64,000 nucleotides of DNA. Source: Mytilus trossulus. Lineage: Eukaryota. Positions 13,254-27,865 of this stretch are shown here, piece by piece. Both the position numbers and the translations under genes were made by a program. The notes below the pieces were generated by a model. The model was given only the letters and a program-made list of their open reading frames with translations, was not told the DNA's origin and did no database searches. How positions within the stretch are numbered: position 1 is the stretch's first letter; every line of letters starts with the position of its first letter. The stretch is taken from positions 77,190,001-77,254,000 of the forward strand of contig NC_086373.1 of NCBI RefSeq assembly GCF_036588685.1. The letters run 5' to 3'.

Positions 13254-13620
13254 TAAAAAAAGAAGATGTGGTATGATTGCCAATGAGACAAATCTTAACA
13301 AGAGACAAGATGACACAGAAATGAACAATTAAAGGTTACCGTACGGCCTTCAATAACGAGCAAAGTCTATACTGCATATTAGTCAGCTAAAAGGCCCCCT
13401 AATTAACAAATGTAAAACAATTAAACGAGAAAACTAACGTTTTAATTTCTGTAATGAACGGACAACAAATATGTTACATAGCAATAAACGACAACCAATG
13501 ATTAACAGGCTCCTGACTTGGGAAAGGCGCATACAGACAGATGTTGCGGGGTTAAACATTTAAGCGGGCGCTCAACCCTCCTTTTTCCTGGGACAGTATT
13601 GTAACAGAACTACAATAGAA
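13254..13620. repeat. Family A interspersed repeat, long copy just upstream of paralog 1
   Basis: aaaagaagatgtggtatgattgccaatgagaca..cgtacggccttcaa..acgacaacca..ctcctgacttggg; reverse complement of 806-1150. Confidence 0.8.
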
Positions 13621-14060
13621 CAAACTACATGTATAAAATCAGTCGAACAATGATTTACTCATCAGATCTGAAAGTACTCCAATTACTGAAAGCTAGTTCA
13701 ATGCCAATAACAACTGAAATACGCATTATTTGAAAAATATTGTGAAATAAACTTAAAATTCTTTTCTTAAATAAAGTCACATTTTCATTGCAAACTTTCC
13801 ACATCTAAGTTGATTTTCGTTCTACTTTCGGCACTTATTTTGAACTCGGTGTTTGTTTTGGGGTAAAATTCTTAACTATTTTTGTATTGAGCACCACTGA
13901 AGTAACAAAGTTATTTTTAAGAAAATGCCCATCTGATGAGTCACAAATAGTACAGCTTGAAATGTTCTAAACATTGAGTTTTTTGTAATCAAAAGTTAAG
14001 CTTCTTGGTTCAGACTTTATGGAAGTTGATTAAAGTATTTTGATTAACATTATAAAACAC

Positions 14061-14920
14061 TTTTTAGCTCACCTGGCCTTAAAGGCCATGTGAGCTTTTC
14101 TCATCACTTGGCGTCCGTCGTCGTCGTCGTCGTCGTCGTTAACAATTTTTCAAACATCCTCTCCTCTGAAACTACTGAATGGATTTGAATGAAACTTAGC
14201 ATGATTGTTCCTTAGATTATTCTGCACAAAGTTTGTGCTTCGGTTTTTGATCCGTCAAAAAACATGGCCGCCGTTACTTAAAATAGAACATAGGGGTCAA
14301 ATGCAGTTTTTGGCTTATATCTCAAAAACGAAAGCATTTAGAGCAAATCTGACATGGGGTAAAAATGTTCATTAGGTCAAGATCTATTAGCCCTGAAATT
14401 TTCAGATAAATCAACAAACCATTGTTGGGTTGCTTCCACTTAATTGGTAATTTTAAGGAAATTTTGCAGTTTTTGGTCATTATCTTGAATATTATTATAG
14501 ATACAGATAAACTGTTTAAAGCAAAAATGTTAAGCAAAGTAAGATCTACAAATAAGTCAAATTGACCAAAATTGTCAATTGACCCCTTAAGGAGTTATTG
14601 CCCTTTAAAGATTTTTTTCACAATTTGTTCATCATGTTGACTTACTTTGAAAACTGCTGTATCAATTTCAGCCAAACTTAGGCTAAATGAGTTTCAGAGT
14701 ATCTAGTATAAATTTATATTTTATTTCCTTGCATGTCAAGAAACATAGCTCCTATGGCTAAAATAGAACATAGGAGAACATTTTTTTTTTTTTGCTTTTG
14801 AAGAAAAAAGGATGATTCAAAGAACATTTAAATAAATTGAAAAGCCAAAATAATCATTGATGAGAGATTAAACCAAAAAAATTAAGGTGAGCGATTCAGG
14901 CTCTTGAGAGCCTCTTGTTT
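14061..14920 (+). mobile_element. Non-autonomous Helentron-type element (HINE/DINE-1-like)
   Basis: T-run, then agctcacctggcc..ggccatgtgagc hairpin, (GTC)n microsatellite, one internal unit homologous to those at 40878 and 58158, sub-terminal IR aggtgagc, terminal palindrome aggctct..agagcct, then T-run. Confidence 0.75.
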
Positions 14921-17350
14921 GTCATTGTTTACATTCTATACATAATCATGAATATAAAAGCTCGTAGTAATTTGAAACCATCGATACTGAAGGTTTACGA
15001 ACACTAGAATGACTTTTAATGTTTATATATTATTATACCATATTTGTTCTTCTTCACATCTTGGTCTTGAGACGTTGCCATGTTCGGTGATAATTTGGAG
15101 GCCTTATCTAATGATATGTGGTTGTGAAAGTGCCAAGAATTGACATGACCAATAAACGACGTTAAAGAACAACCCTACATTTTAACCAGTGTTAGACACA
15201 TTTTCCCGCACTTTAATACATGTGCTGTACGTCGACATATTTTTAAGACGGTAAGTATGTGACATGAAATATTTGCCACTGGACATTCAGCAAACAAAAG
15301 CCAATCGATCAATGCAATATGTCGCAACAGTTAAATTGTTATTTAAGAGAGGAAATTTTAAACAGTCCCCTGTTGACGGAACCAAAAAACATAAAAAAGA
15401 GAAGGGGTTATAAAGGAAGGTTTGCCTGTAGAGTTTGCACATTATATGTTAATTTGTTTTACATGGTTGCCAAATATTAGGAAGCTACTGATTTTAGGGA
15501 TCTAAACTTAAATTTTAAATTGCCACTGTAAACGTTTATTATACTAGTTTATTTTGCGATATACTAAGGTTTTTCTCATTGTTTATGGTCGTAAAGTGGA
15601 TGCCTATTCTTATGTATTTTAGGTCTCTGGTGGATAGATGTCTCATTTGAAATCATACCAAATCTCCTCGGTCTTTGTAGGCATAGAAGAAAAAGACTTC
15701 CGAACCAAAGTGAAAATCCTTAATTAATAAGATAATCATTTCTGTGAAAATTTACTGATATAATCTTATGTGGTTCATAAGTGTTTCTCGTTTTTCGTTT
15801 TAATAAATTAGACCGATGGTTTTCCCGTTTGAATAGTTTTATACTAGTAATTTTTTGGGGTCTTTTATAGCTTGCTGTTCGGTGTGAGCCAAAGTTCCAT
15901 GTTCAATGCCATATACCTTGACCTAAAAGGCTATAATGGTTTACTTTTATAAATTGTTATTTGGATGGAGAGTTGTCTCAGTGACACTCATACCACATCT
16001 TCCTATATCTATTACTAAGTATATAATATAGTATTATTTAATGTTTTTGATTTTTTTTCAAGAAAGATCTTCCAGTATTCAATCTTTAAATGTATTGTTC
16101 CATCTTTACTGAGAAGTTAATCAAATCAGTGAAAACCAGGGGGGAATCACGTAGAGAGCAAAACACTAATACAAGTGTCTATACCACTATATGTTAAGTT
16201 ATATACTAAGGATAAGGTCGACAGATGACTTAGGAGTTTACGTTTTGTTCCATTTTTGTGGTAGTATACCCACTGTACCAGTTTAAGATTTAATCGAACG
16301 CATACTATACATGTTTAACACTGCCATACTGATTATGTACCTGTTCCAATGTCTGCTTGTTGTCTTTAAAAATTGTTTTCTATTTCATTGTTTGTTTTCT
16401 TTCAAAATCATGCTGTTGGTTTTTGTCGTGTCAATTCTTTTACATTTTGTTAATTCGATTATTTTTTTATGATTTAAATAGCGGGGTTTGTTTAGCTCTT
16501 GTTGAACGCCTTATGGTTTAGTTGGCTACTTCCACGTCTGACGGTCTCTCATGGACGAGAACTGTAACGGTTCCAATAAAACTACACACATAACAATGCA
16601 AAATAGTATATACAAAATACTAAGATTGAAAATTGTTCAACAGTTTGAAGATGAATTTTGTTAGTTCTTAAACGGTTGTCTTTGAACTTTTTGATGATTT
16701 TTAACGTCATATGATGTAAATGAAAATTTTAAGACTTTTTTTTTTAAATTTTATGAATGATCTAATTTACATTTAACATTTCGAACTTTTGTTTATTGCA
16801 TATTCATGTACAATTTACTTTAAAATAGAGGTCAATGACATAACAACACAACGATAACAATAACATCAACACCGACCGGCGAAACTCTAGACAAATACAA
16901 CGAATGAATCATGTACAGATAATAGAGAGTCTGAAACTTTATGAACTCGAGATAAACTCCAAAAAATGTGTATTATGATCCTATCGGTAGGTTTTGTTCA
17001 TATTAATTATATATCTGTTTTCTCATAAAGCAAATGGATTACATCATACAGAGATAACAACAATATATACAAAACAAGGAGACGGGTTACAGAAGTCACT
17101 AGCCAGGAGGACTGTTTTTTGTGTATTCGACATAAATTCAGATAAATTAACTGTATTATGTTGCTGTACAAAATATGAGGATATATACTCAGTACGTTTT
17201 TGATCGAAAAAATACATTCAAATAATAAAGTAAATGGAAATTACTGAGAATGTTTTACTTCTTGAAAGTTATCATGCTTAATACCGTTATTAGATAGTAT
17301 TATACTGCAACAAAGCCTAAACACAAGTTGTCCATAGAAGTGAAAAACTA

Positions 17351-20300
17351 TTATTTAGCCTTGATACTGGTTGCCCAAAGCTTTTCATTCGCTCCTTTGT
17401 CTTCTTTACGTCTGTTGAAAATTCCTTTATACCCTTTTTTATTGACAACTTCCGGTTCAGGTTCTGGACTGTCTTCATGGTCTAGTGCGTCAAGAGGGTC
17501 GAAGTCATAAACATATTTATTGTAGGGATTTTCGGCTACAGGATTTTTGCCATGGTAACCTCCACCGAGAAGCTGTTTCGGCTTTCCAGTGTTCTCTGGA
17601 ATACTTAAATGTCCATCGATAGAGTTTCTATCGTCATCATCATTGTCATTCGTATGTTTCTTTTTATAATTTGACAAATACGAACTTATTTTGTCATCTT
17701 CTTCCTCTTCGGTTTTTGGTTTGAATGATTTCACATTCTTAGAAATGTAATTAGTCTTTGGTTTCTTAACATCTTTATCCTGTATCACTTCTTCTACCGG
17801 TACCTTTTCAAGGACTTTTGCACCTTGTACACTCTTATCTTTTTGTGTAACCTCTGTTGGTTTCTTGTTATTTTTAGCAACTTCAACCTGGTTATTTGCC
17901 TTTTTCGGTACTGGTTTAGCAGTATTATTGTTTTTGTCTTGGCTTTTATTTTTCTGTTTGGAATCTGTGCTTTGAATAGTTTCATTTGCCTTCGTGTTAA
18001 CCTTTGGATTTGTTCTTTTACCGTTTAGTTTGTTGTCCGATTCTGATGGCCGTTTTTGAGGTGGCTGCTGTTGATTCTTTGCAGCCTGTTTTTTCTGGTC
18101 CTTAACCTTTGTTTGAGATTGTGGCGGAACAGGAGATTCCATAAATAATGAATCAAGTGTAACAAGTGTCGGTTTTTCTTTTTTGCTTTTTGATGGAGCT
18201 GGAGATTCCGCTTGTGGAACAATTTTTACTGGTTTTTCTATTTCAGTTTTAGCCCGATTGTGTTCAGGGACCATTTTATCAACACCCAGAGTTCCGGCGT
18301 TTGATTCTATTTCTTTTATCATATTTTCAGCCTGAAATTAGGAGAAAAATTACATTTTATATCTCAACGATGTGGACTAAAATGTAAGCATATCAAAATG
18401 TTAAAAAAAACAAAATCTTTAAGAATAACTAGAATATAGAATATTTTATACCCTAAGCGGAAGTTTGCAACAAGTGACGTTATACAGGTTGAAACAGGCT
18501 AGAAAATATGTTATCAAATTATCTTATACATAAAGAGAAGAGAATAACAAGGGTTAAGAAAATGAAACTACCTACGTGCTTCAATAAGTTTATGAATGAA
18601 TGTCATATCTTACTTTACCGTTAGGACTCAAACCTTTTCAAACGACATGAAAAAATCACCTACCCAAATAAACACAGAAGCCGCTTCATGACTTTCGGAA
18701 TGTATCTGTTCGGCTGTATATGGTTCTATTACTTTTTTGGCTTCCACCGCAAGAGTTAAGTTGACATCTTTAGGGTCAAACTTTGACATTTGTGTCAAGA
18801 AAGACTTTTCACCATGTAGCCCTAATATCTTTTGACAATTTTTCCATGTCTGAAAATGATATAAAACAACTATTTATGTTTTGAATTAATCTATAGCTTT
18901 CTTTTTTTTTCTAATTTTTACATGTTTCAAATTTATCTGACGTATACAGATGTTAGCTATCATTATAAAACAAATAATTAAACATCCTAACATTCTCTGT
19001 TAAAGATAGCTGATGGATTAATTGACATTATGTACTCCATAAAATTGGTGACTTCGAATCTTATATAGATACATATTATACCACCAAAGATCAATAGTCT
19101 GAGATAATGTTGTAATTGATTCAATCCACTTTAGTTTCGGCTTTCTTAGAGAAATGAGAATGATCATGATAGTTTCCATGAATTTAAAATGTACGTCGAT
19201 TACATGTACTGTTTTCAGATTGATTGCCAGAGAGGCATTTACTCGTTACAGAGAGGGAGATAAAAAGAGAAGATCGAACTCTTTGTGTGAAATATTGACA
19301 ACAAATGTGAATAGAAATGACATTATTTCTGGAAAGGTGGAAAGAGACGAACATTTTAAAGAGGATCTAGCGGATTAAAACGACATATAAAGGGCATACC
19401 TTCACTTCAGAAGGATCATATCCCATCAACATCAAAGCAGCCATGATAGTCTGGTGGACACCGTTAGGTGGCGTGTTATACTGTCTTATTTCACCAACTA
19501 CCCTATTGTCTGTATTTCTGGCCATGTCTTGCATAGTTCGCATTGCAGCTAGTCTATCTCTTAGTCGTTTTGCATGTATCAGCTGTTGGTCGAATGATCT
19601 ATCTTCATTAATAGCTGATGCCACTACTATGGCTCGGTCAAGATTGGTCAACTCTCTTGCTTTAAAAGCTCTAAGTAAATCTGTAATATGTATAAGATTT
19701 ATTATGTCAAATTAAACAATATTTTCTAAGTGATTTTTACATCGCAAGTGACATTGTAATGGATAAACAAATGGGTAACAATGGTCATGCATCAAATCTT
19801 ATCAAGTACATTAATTCTGGAAAGATATTCTCACAGTACTAATGTTGAACTCTTTTATACAGTCATATTTTCTTTTGATGACGTATTTTGAATAAACCTT
19901 TCTACTGCGCCAGTTGAATACGCGTTCTGGTATTAATGTTTTTAAACTTCTGTAAACACTACACGTTTTTATACTGCTGTAACAAACATGCTCTAGAGGT
20001 TTTGTTTTATTTCCTAATGATAACTAAACTTCGTTCCATTTATTAACTCGTACATCAATAGTTTGTTCCTTTGACAATTTTTGGCTATTATGGCTTACAT
20101 CCACTTTATTTCAATTTTGGTAGATAGTTGTCTCATTGGCAATCATAACAAAGATCCTTATTTTTGTGTATTTACTTAAAATGGTACTCAATATTTTTTT
20201 TAAAGAAAAAAATAAAAATGCACTTACCTTAGATTTAGCATTTATTAAATATTAAACAAGGATATCAAATACACAAAATAAAATTGATTTCTCTCTGAAA

Positions 20301-23300
20301 ATTTTAAATGCTCACTTTACAACTTTAACATATATCGATTTTATCTAATTGCTACGTTTTACTTTTAGATTAAAATATGAAATATTATTATATTGAAGGA
20401 CACACAATTTAAATACCTTAAGTAATAAAAAATCTGTCAGTTTTAAACATTTCTACGTTGTAAATATCATATGAAAACATTGTACCTTGCGAATTATATT
20501 TCAATACTAATAAGAAGTATAGACAAGAAATAGTTTTTGTACATGTTATATATCGCATGAAAAATATCACGAAGTATACACGAATACACAGTGGAAAATC
20601 TAGTAAAAAAAATAAATGTTTCCAAGTTGCAATCACTTTAGCTGGAAAACAATTTTGTTGAAATTTCTGAAAATTGTATAATGCTGAGTACTATATATAT
20701 GGAACACTTTGAAATTGGTGTAATGCTTTATTTTTTGTGTGAATATGATTTTTCATTCTTTTTTTTCTATCAGTTTGCAAAAAAAAGCTTTGTTATTATA
20801 GTATGAAGTGTCAGTTTAATGTATAATTATAGTGCCAGTTTAACAATCGTCTAATGGAAATCTCTCAATAAATAAAGAAAACGAGACAGTATGATTTTGC
20901 ATGAATTTTTCAAAGAACATATTTCAACATATTATATGTTTGTTAAAGTGCTATTGATGTTTCGAAATAATGTTTAATGCTTTTGTTAACCATTAATTTT
21001 CTTTAATCATAAGAAGAGTTACTATTCCTTTGTTCTCCTCACATCAATTTACATACCATACTTTGCTTCCAGCTTTCTGATCTTTTTCTTACTATTTCTC
21101 AACAGATCGTCATCCTTTTCAGGTTTGTTGTATTGGTACTCAGATAAAGCCTGTCGTATTAATTGCGGATCGTTTGATTTTAAAGCTTCCGTTAACATCT
21201 GGGCTGCTTCTATCCTCTTATCAACTGTAAATATAAATTAGCTTATATATTTTCAAAACGATTTGGTCAACAATTGTTGCAAAAAAACAATATTTTTTTT
21301 GGACCCAAAGTGGGTTTTTTTTTTTAATATTAATTTTATATGGGAACACACTATTTTATAACTCAATAAATGGCTGCTTATTTTTAAATGCTTGAACACC
21401 GATCCTAAATACGTAAACTAAACTATTTAAATAAAATACAACAGTTGGTTGATGAGTATCTTTATTTTAACCAAAGAAAAAAAAAACCAATGCAACGACC
21501 TCTTTAACTCTTGAACATGTCACTTTTCGGAAATCATGATCAGTCAGTAAAATTCCTAAACAAATTCATAAAATGTCTTATTTGTAAACATAAATAAAAA
21601 CCGTTCTGAAAAAATATTGTGCCAAAAGCTGTTTACCTAACCATTTATAAACCACTTATAATTTACCGGTATATCAACCTTCTGAGTGTTTACCCCATAA
21701 GTGTTTAAAACCGTATGTTAAAACTTTCCTTTATTGTTTGACAATTGTTTACAAGAATAAATAATTATATTAAGCTAAATTAAACAACTAAAAAGTCATC
21801 ATGACGGACATACACATGTATATTACAAACAGTAACGGAAATGGCTGTAAAGTTATCTCATTCCTGATATTATTCATCTATTACTGGTAGTTTTACCTTT
21901 AATGTTTGTTTGTCTTCTACATGGACTTAAACTAAAATTACCCCATTTAATGTACTAGTACTTCCCTGGAATTCATTTGTTTTACGCAGAACGGTTATGA
22001 TAACGTGGAAAAAACATAAACAACAAAGCTAGTTGTTTTCGTTTATTTATGTTTTTGTCATAAATGAGGGCTTTGGTTGTTTCATTCAGTGTTGTTTTAT
22101 TTTAATTTTATATATTTTAGCATGCCTTTTATAGATGACTTTTATACTGTATGGATTTTGCTCATCGTTAAAAGCTGTCCGGTGACAAATTGTTGCCTAA
22201 ATCCATTTCGTTTGGTCCCTAGTGGATAGTAATGTCAGTGTCATTCAGAACTAGTTTTCATATTTGAGTTTTTTTATATAAATGAAAATATGTATATTAC
22301 AGGGGTTCATATGTGAATATTACACTTTGGATGTGTGATTAAAACTCACCATCAACAAAGTTTTTGAGACGACTATCATTTATATGACGTTCCAGATCCG
22401 AAACGTCTGTTCCGGCATTTTCTCTTTCTTCTTTTATAATTTGCAAGACTTCTTTAGCGTCTTCTTCTAACTCTTCCTCTTTGTCATTCCGTGTGATGAT
22501 ATATCTGCTGACTAAACGTAGAAACTTATTCTCCTGTTGAAAAATATTAAAGATGTAATCACCAAGGTCTTCTAAGGTCACCTTATAAATATCAATGCCT
22601 TTCTCTGTATATCTTTGTATAGATTGAGAATTCTGAGGTTCAGACCGGTCAGCTTTCTGGAGAAAGGCTGTGAGTATATCGATACCTCTTGGTACAGGGA
22701 TAGATATTTCAGTATCTGTCGTAACTATTGATTCTGCTTTAACTTCTTTTGTATGCTTCCAGAAGTTTTTGCTGTTTTCCAATGTTTTGTTGTTTAATGT
22801 TCCAACTTCTATGTGTCGACCATGGGAATTTATAAGGAAGGCATACGCATTGTTTAATTTTTCTGGTTCATCTTTCTTAATTGCATAGACATTAAATGCG
22901 TATTCTCCGCGCACTGGAACATCAATGGCGAATGCTTGTTTTTGATTCTTTCTATATTGATTCACTCTCATTCGTGGAACGGCTGACGGATCATTTGAAT
23001 GAAGCTCGCCTACTAAATCAACATCTGACTTTGTCATAAAATCTATATGTGTGTGTCCATCTTTTGCTATGATGTAGCCATTTTCATGCATATTTGCTGC
23101 AATTCCTAAACGTTCGATGGTAGAATGTGGACCAAGATTATCTTGGGCGATATTCGGAAGGCACTGTACCTCTCCTTTTTTCATAGAGCAATGTATTAGA
23201 TAGTTAAGAACATTCTCTTGTTCCATTGACTCTGTGTTTCTTGTAAAGAACTTTAGTCCGTAGATTCCCTGGTGTGGCAATCTTGTTCGAACAATATATT

Positions 23301-26300
23301 TTCCTTGGTTCCAATAGAGCATAGCGTATTTTGACATGTTGGCACTGTCCACAAACGGATTGAGTAATTTCATTTCTAATCTAAGTTCTTGCCTTCCTTC
23401 GATCTCAATATCTAGTATTCCTGTTGCTGTGTAAATACTTGATTCCTCATGTGTTATTGGAACTAATCCTAATCGTCTTGATACTTTGTTCGGTCCCCAG
23501 CCTAGTTTAGGATAGTCAGGTAAAGGTAGACATTCCTTTGCTAACTGCGAGGATAAAACTACAAATGAACATATTAAATCAAACTTTTCTAAACCTTCAG
23601 TCCCAGGGTCGCATGCAAATACATTGACACGAAACTTGCCAAGAACCGGAATATTAAACATAAAGTGAATACTTTCATCATGTCGTTCAAACATAATGAA
23701 ATGATGGAGAATTTTATCAAGTTTCCTGGTTGTGTCACCCTCAGGAATTGTTCTAATAAAGTTGTGCTTAAAATGATAGTTTTGTCCTCTTAATTGTGGA
23801 AAATGAAGTTTAAATTCAGCTTGTCCTTCAACTACTTTTATCAATATATTATTTTGTGGATATGTTACTCCCATTTCTCTGGATCTTTCTCGGACGTATA
23901 ATCTTTTGAAAAAATCCACTTTTGACATATTGTCCTTTAGTAACTGCCATTTGTCTTCGTCTGGATAATGTGTCCATATAAGGTCTTCTGCATTTGTGAA
24001 GAAATATTCTTCGTCAGCATCATCATCATGACCTACTCTTTGTATAGACCTTGTGCTAAGTGATTCGTCATCTTCACCAGAGTTTAGTTTTACACACCAT
24101 TTAGCCCAGAAAATATCAACAAGACGCCATTCGTTTTGGACAAAAACAGCATTCCATTGTGCTTTCAATTCTGGAGTTTCTGGTTCTCCAAGATCGTAAT
24201 CTTCATTCTTTGTTATTCCATCGATAACTTTACAAGGAACTTCTGCCATTCTATTAACAAATCACATTTTTAGTACTGTATTCTTTAAGTAAAAGTTTAA
24301 TTTTCAAACAATTTAAGCTTTTATGTTTAATTACTATTGGATGCAACATTACAATTGTTTTTAAACATCTGAAACATGTACAAGCATACAACATAATACT
24401 ATAAGTTATATCTCCCCACTGATCTGTTCAATGTTTAAACTTTTCAATACACTCATATTCGTCTAAAGTGTTCCAAAGCTATATGTTAAATGGTCGTTTT
24501 TTTTCTTTTCTTATTCTGATATTAATAAGAAAATGTGGTATGTAGTACCAATAAGACAACTCTCTACAACATCGAATATATGACATCGACAATTGTTCCG
24601 AAACATCGATGTTTATCATATGCTATGGTGATGATTGCGGAGTGTGTATTCCAATAAAAGTGATTTACATTTTGGACAGCTATGACACAATTAAAGACAA
24701 TTCCGATGGTTTTTTTTTCTTCTATCTTATTTTTGCGGTTAGATTCATGCAGTATATTTGTAAGAAAAAATAAATGTGTTTGCAGAAAATGGACAGTTTG
24801 ATATAATGCATTGAGATATGTCGTTTCTCTCAACTTTGATTTGTTCTTGGTTTGTTTTAAATTTTACAGAATCCATCGGTTTTTTTGTTGTTGATAATGA
24901 TTCAACACCTTTAGACATATATTTCTTTTATTAACTATAATATTGAAGGTATGTATGTATGTTCTTATGTACTACTTACGTGCATAAGATATAGAAAAGA
25001 TTTGCAAGGTTTCCCATATCACATTGGATTTTACTGAAGTATTCTAGCGGTGTATCGGGTACTGGTGTGGTAGCTATTTCCATATTCTGTACATCATAGG
25101 ATGTTATCCATCTATAGATCGCCCTCACCCGAACCAAGTCGTCAAACACGTCATCACCTGTTAAATACTGGACAAGTTCCCAGAATGTACCTTCTAACAA
25201 AGACTTGGGTGCCTGATTTCACATGAAATAAAAAAAACAATTCTGGTCGTGATTAATTGCAAATTTTTGGATAAGTGTCATCAAATTATATAGTTGGTTA
25301 AGCAGTTGCATAATAATGAAAAAAAATAACAGTGAAACCATTACGAAATTCATTCAAATTATATTATTCTAGGTATGTAACTTTATGTCAAACCATGATA
25401 ACTTGCTCTGATTTTATTTTTAACTGTGATCAAGGATTTGTATAGAAAGACTTTACAAATGCTAAAACAACCAAAGTTTGCTCCAATTTTTTTTGTGTCC
25501 ATAGATTTACAAGGTTTGAACAGCCTTTATTTGTCATCATCATGAAATTCGATTGAGGACAAAATATATTTAGATGCAACAAAGAATAAAAAACACTGAT
25601 GAATTTCCTGGCTAAGGACAAGCACATAGTAATATGAGGGTGATATTTAGAGTTTTTGGTTGTAATTGTGGTTTTGTGCTCGGATGCTTCAGAATCGTCA
25701 TATTAATTGGGGGTTTGCGTTTCGCTTTGAATGACCGACTAGCTTTGCAATCATGACGCATACAGTTATTTATGTGGTTTTCATTGTAAAATTGGGGTTT
25801 GGGAATGATACGAGCGATTAGGAGACTGTGAAATTCCGTAATATACGGATAATTTGATCATACGACTGAACAATTTTTAAAAAAAGTTATCATTGAAGAA
25901 CAAATGCCTTTTGTCAAGATATTCTGTTCTTTGAAATGCTTCCTATTCCTTTTAAAATTGACAAGAACTTATATTACCGTTAGCGCGTGTCGATCAACAA
26001 CATCAAAGTTGATACCACGGAGAAACACCTGCTTTGTCTGCTTCTGTGGAATTGGTTCTGGAATTTCCCCTTTCTTCAAAGATTTCTTCCATGCCCCTGG
26101 TCTTTCATCTATCTAATTGAATACAATTTTATAGTTTATATATATATAATTATGTGTATAATGTAGATCATATTATATTTGATTCGAATTGTCTTTTTGC
26201 AACTTCCGAATGTACTCTGTACAATGAGATCCATGTGTCCAAGCTATGCCTTTGGGAGAGACATAAATGTTAGTTGACAACGAAAAGCTGACGAACAAAG

Positions 26301-27140
26301 CAAATTTAACTGTGCGTTATGTATGTAATCCTTTGGTTTTTTTTTAAATCGTTTAAGTTCAGGTAAAACTTTTGATATCAGTATTATTTTTTTTTTTATT
26401 AAAAGGCAGGTTCAACTGTTCATGTTTTGAATGAGTAGCGTACCAGTGTGTCCGGTTTAGAACAAATGCTATAATTGTCAAAAGGATACCAATTGTGTAA
26501 AAATGTGTGTAGTTACACAATTATAATTCGATCCTTGCCAACAAGGTATTATGTTTTCCCAATGGTTCATGAGCAATCTCACTTATTTAATATAAAAAAT
26601 CGAACCGGCCAAATCCTTCTATGGCTTATTTTGCCTGAGGGAGTTTCTTTATAATTACAAAAGCTAGAAAGGTTTATTTATAATCATGTCAGTACTGAAG
26701 TAGTGACTACTGAGCTGGTGATACTCTCGGAACTGATTGTATACCATTTGAAGTATTGACCCAGGACTTAAAAAAATGAAAACAATACGTTCGAAGATTC
26801 ATTTGATATCTTTGTTCTATCATTTATATGAATGTACCTTTGCTGCATAGCTTGATACAGTTTTTTCATCACCGTCATTTTTGTTGGCCGTCTCTGGTAA
26901 ACTTTCATCTTCATTTGTCTCGACATGCGTTGGGAGTTTTGGTTTTCCATTGGCTTTGGGTTTATTAGCGTCATTTGATATTTTGCCTTTGACAGTTTTA
27001 TTCTGACGAATACTTTCATTGATTTGCCTAGCATCTGTCTCTCTTGGAGCAGTTCCGCTAGTGCTTTCTACTGGCTGAGCGATATTATTGGGTGTGTTCT
27101 CTGTTACACTTTGTGAACTTTTCGATTCATTAGACCCCAT
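17351..27140 (-). CDS. Paralog 2: KY/hillarin-like pseudo-transglutaminase, Ig-like repeats, dynein-type MTBD, long low-complexity tail (8 exons, about 1395 aa)
   Basis: Exons: 27140-26838, 26112-25978, 25212-24980, 24250-22350, 21224-21057, 19680-19400, 18849-18664, 18331-17351; sum 4188 nt, in frame, same intron phases as paralog 1. Starts MGSNESK. QWNAVFVQNEWRLVDIFWA; EIRQYNTPPNGVHQTIMAALMLMG; TWKNCQKIL..FDPKDV..ESHEAASVFIW. Confidence 0.85.
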
Positions 27141-27227
27141 GTCCCTAAGGATTTCTGAGAATCTGACGTCGGATGAAAAAAAAAATTATAACTATATATT
27201 TCAAATGACGATATAATATATTATATT

Positions 27228-27520
27228 ATTGTATAGCAATATAATATTTCCCACAGAAAGTAACCAAAAGTTAGCGTGCAATAAATTCTTTTATTGCACT
27301 AGTGCAATAAGTCTTCAAAATTAATGACGTCATCAACGAAAACAACTCAGTTTAAACCAATTTTTACTTTCAAATATTATATTGCTATACAATAAAAGGG
27401 TTATTGCATGAATATTGGGGAATATTGTCCCTCGTAGAACATATATTGCACTCGCAAGCTCGTGCAATATAAAATTCTACTCGGGACAATATTCCCCAAT
27501 ATTCATGCAATAACCCTATA
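27228..27520. mobile_element. Double-hairpin palindromic element upstream of paralog 2
   Basis: Hairpin 1: ttattgtatagcaatataatattt..aaatattatattgctatacaataa with central ttattgcactagtgcaataa. Hairpin 2: agggttattgcatgaatattggggaatattgtccc..gggacaatattccccaatattcatgcaataaccct. Confidence 0.7.
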
Positions 27521-27724
27521 ATATCTCTTTGCAATATCATATTTGCTTTGAACACATTATTTTGTGTTTGTATTAATAAAAACAGTGTTCCTGAATATAA
27601 AATCAACACACTATTTAGACTTCATTATCATATGTGTGATCCTTTCACACAAAGTCTGCTCAAACCGAGATATGTGGAAGAACGACTGAAATCGACACCA
27701 CGTAAGATTTACTTACACCATCAT

Positions 27725-27865
27725 GAATTGGTTGATTGATATCATGTGTCAGTGTATTTATTCACTGGCGGGAATTGGTTGATTGATATCATGTGTCAGT
27801 GTATTTATTCACTGGCGGGAATTGGTTGATTGATATCATGTGTCAGTGTATTTATTCACTGGCGG
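27725..27865. repeat. 3 x 47-bp perfect tandem repeat at the end of a Penelope-like fragment
   Basis: Unit gaattggttgattgatatcatgtgtcagtgtatttattcactggcgg starts at 27725, 27772 and 27819. The preceding sequence translates RLKST.RKIY.HHHELVD, like the 29155 ORF. Confidence 0.85.

Noticed and set aside
19154-19378. Plus-strand ORF with a tttcag acceptor inside intron 6 of paralog 2 (possible nested antisense exon)
   Set aside because: No partner exons, no recognisable homology, and no equivalent in the paralogous introns.
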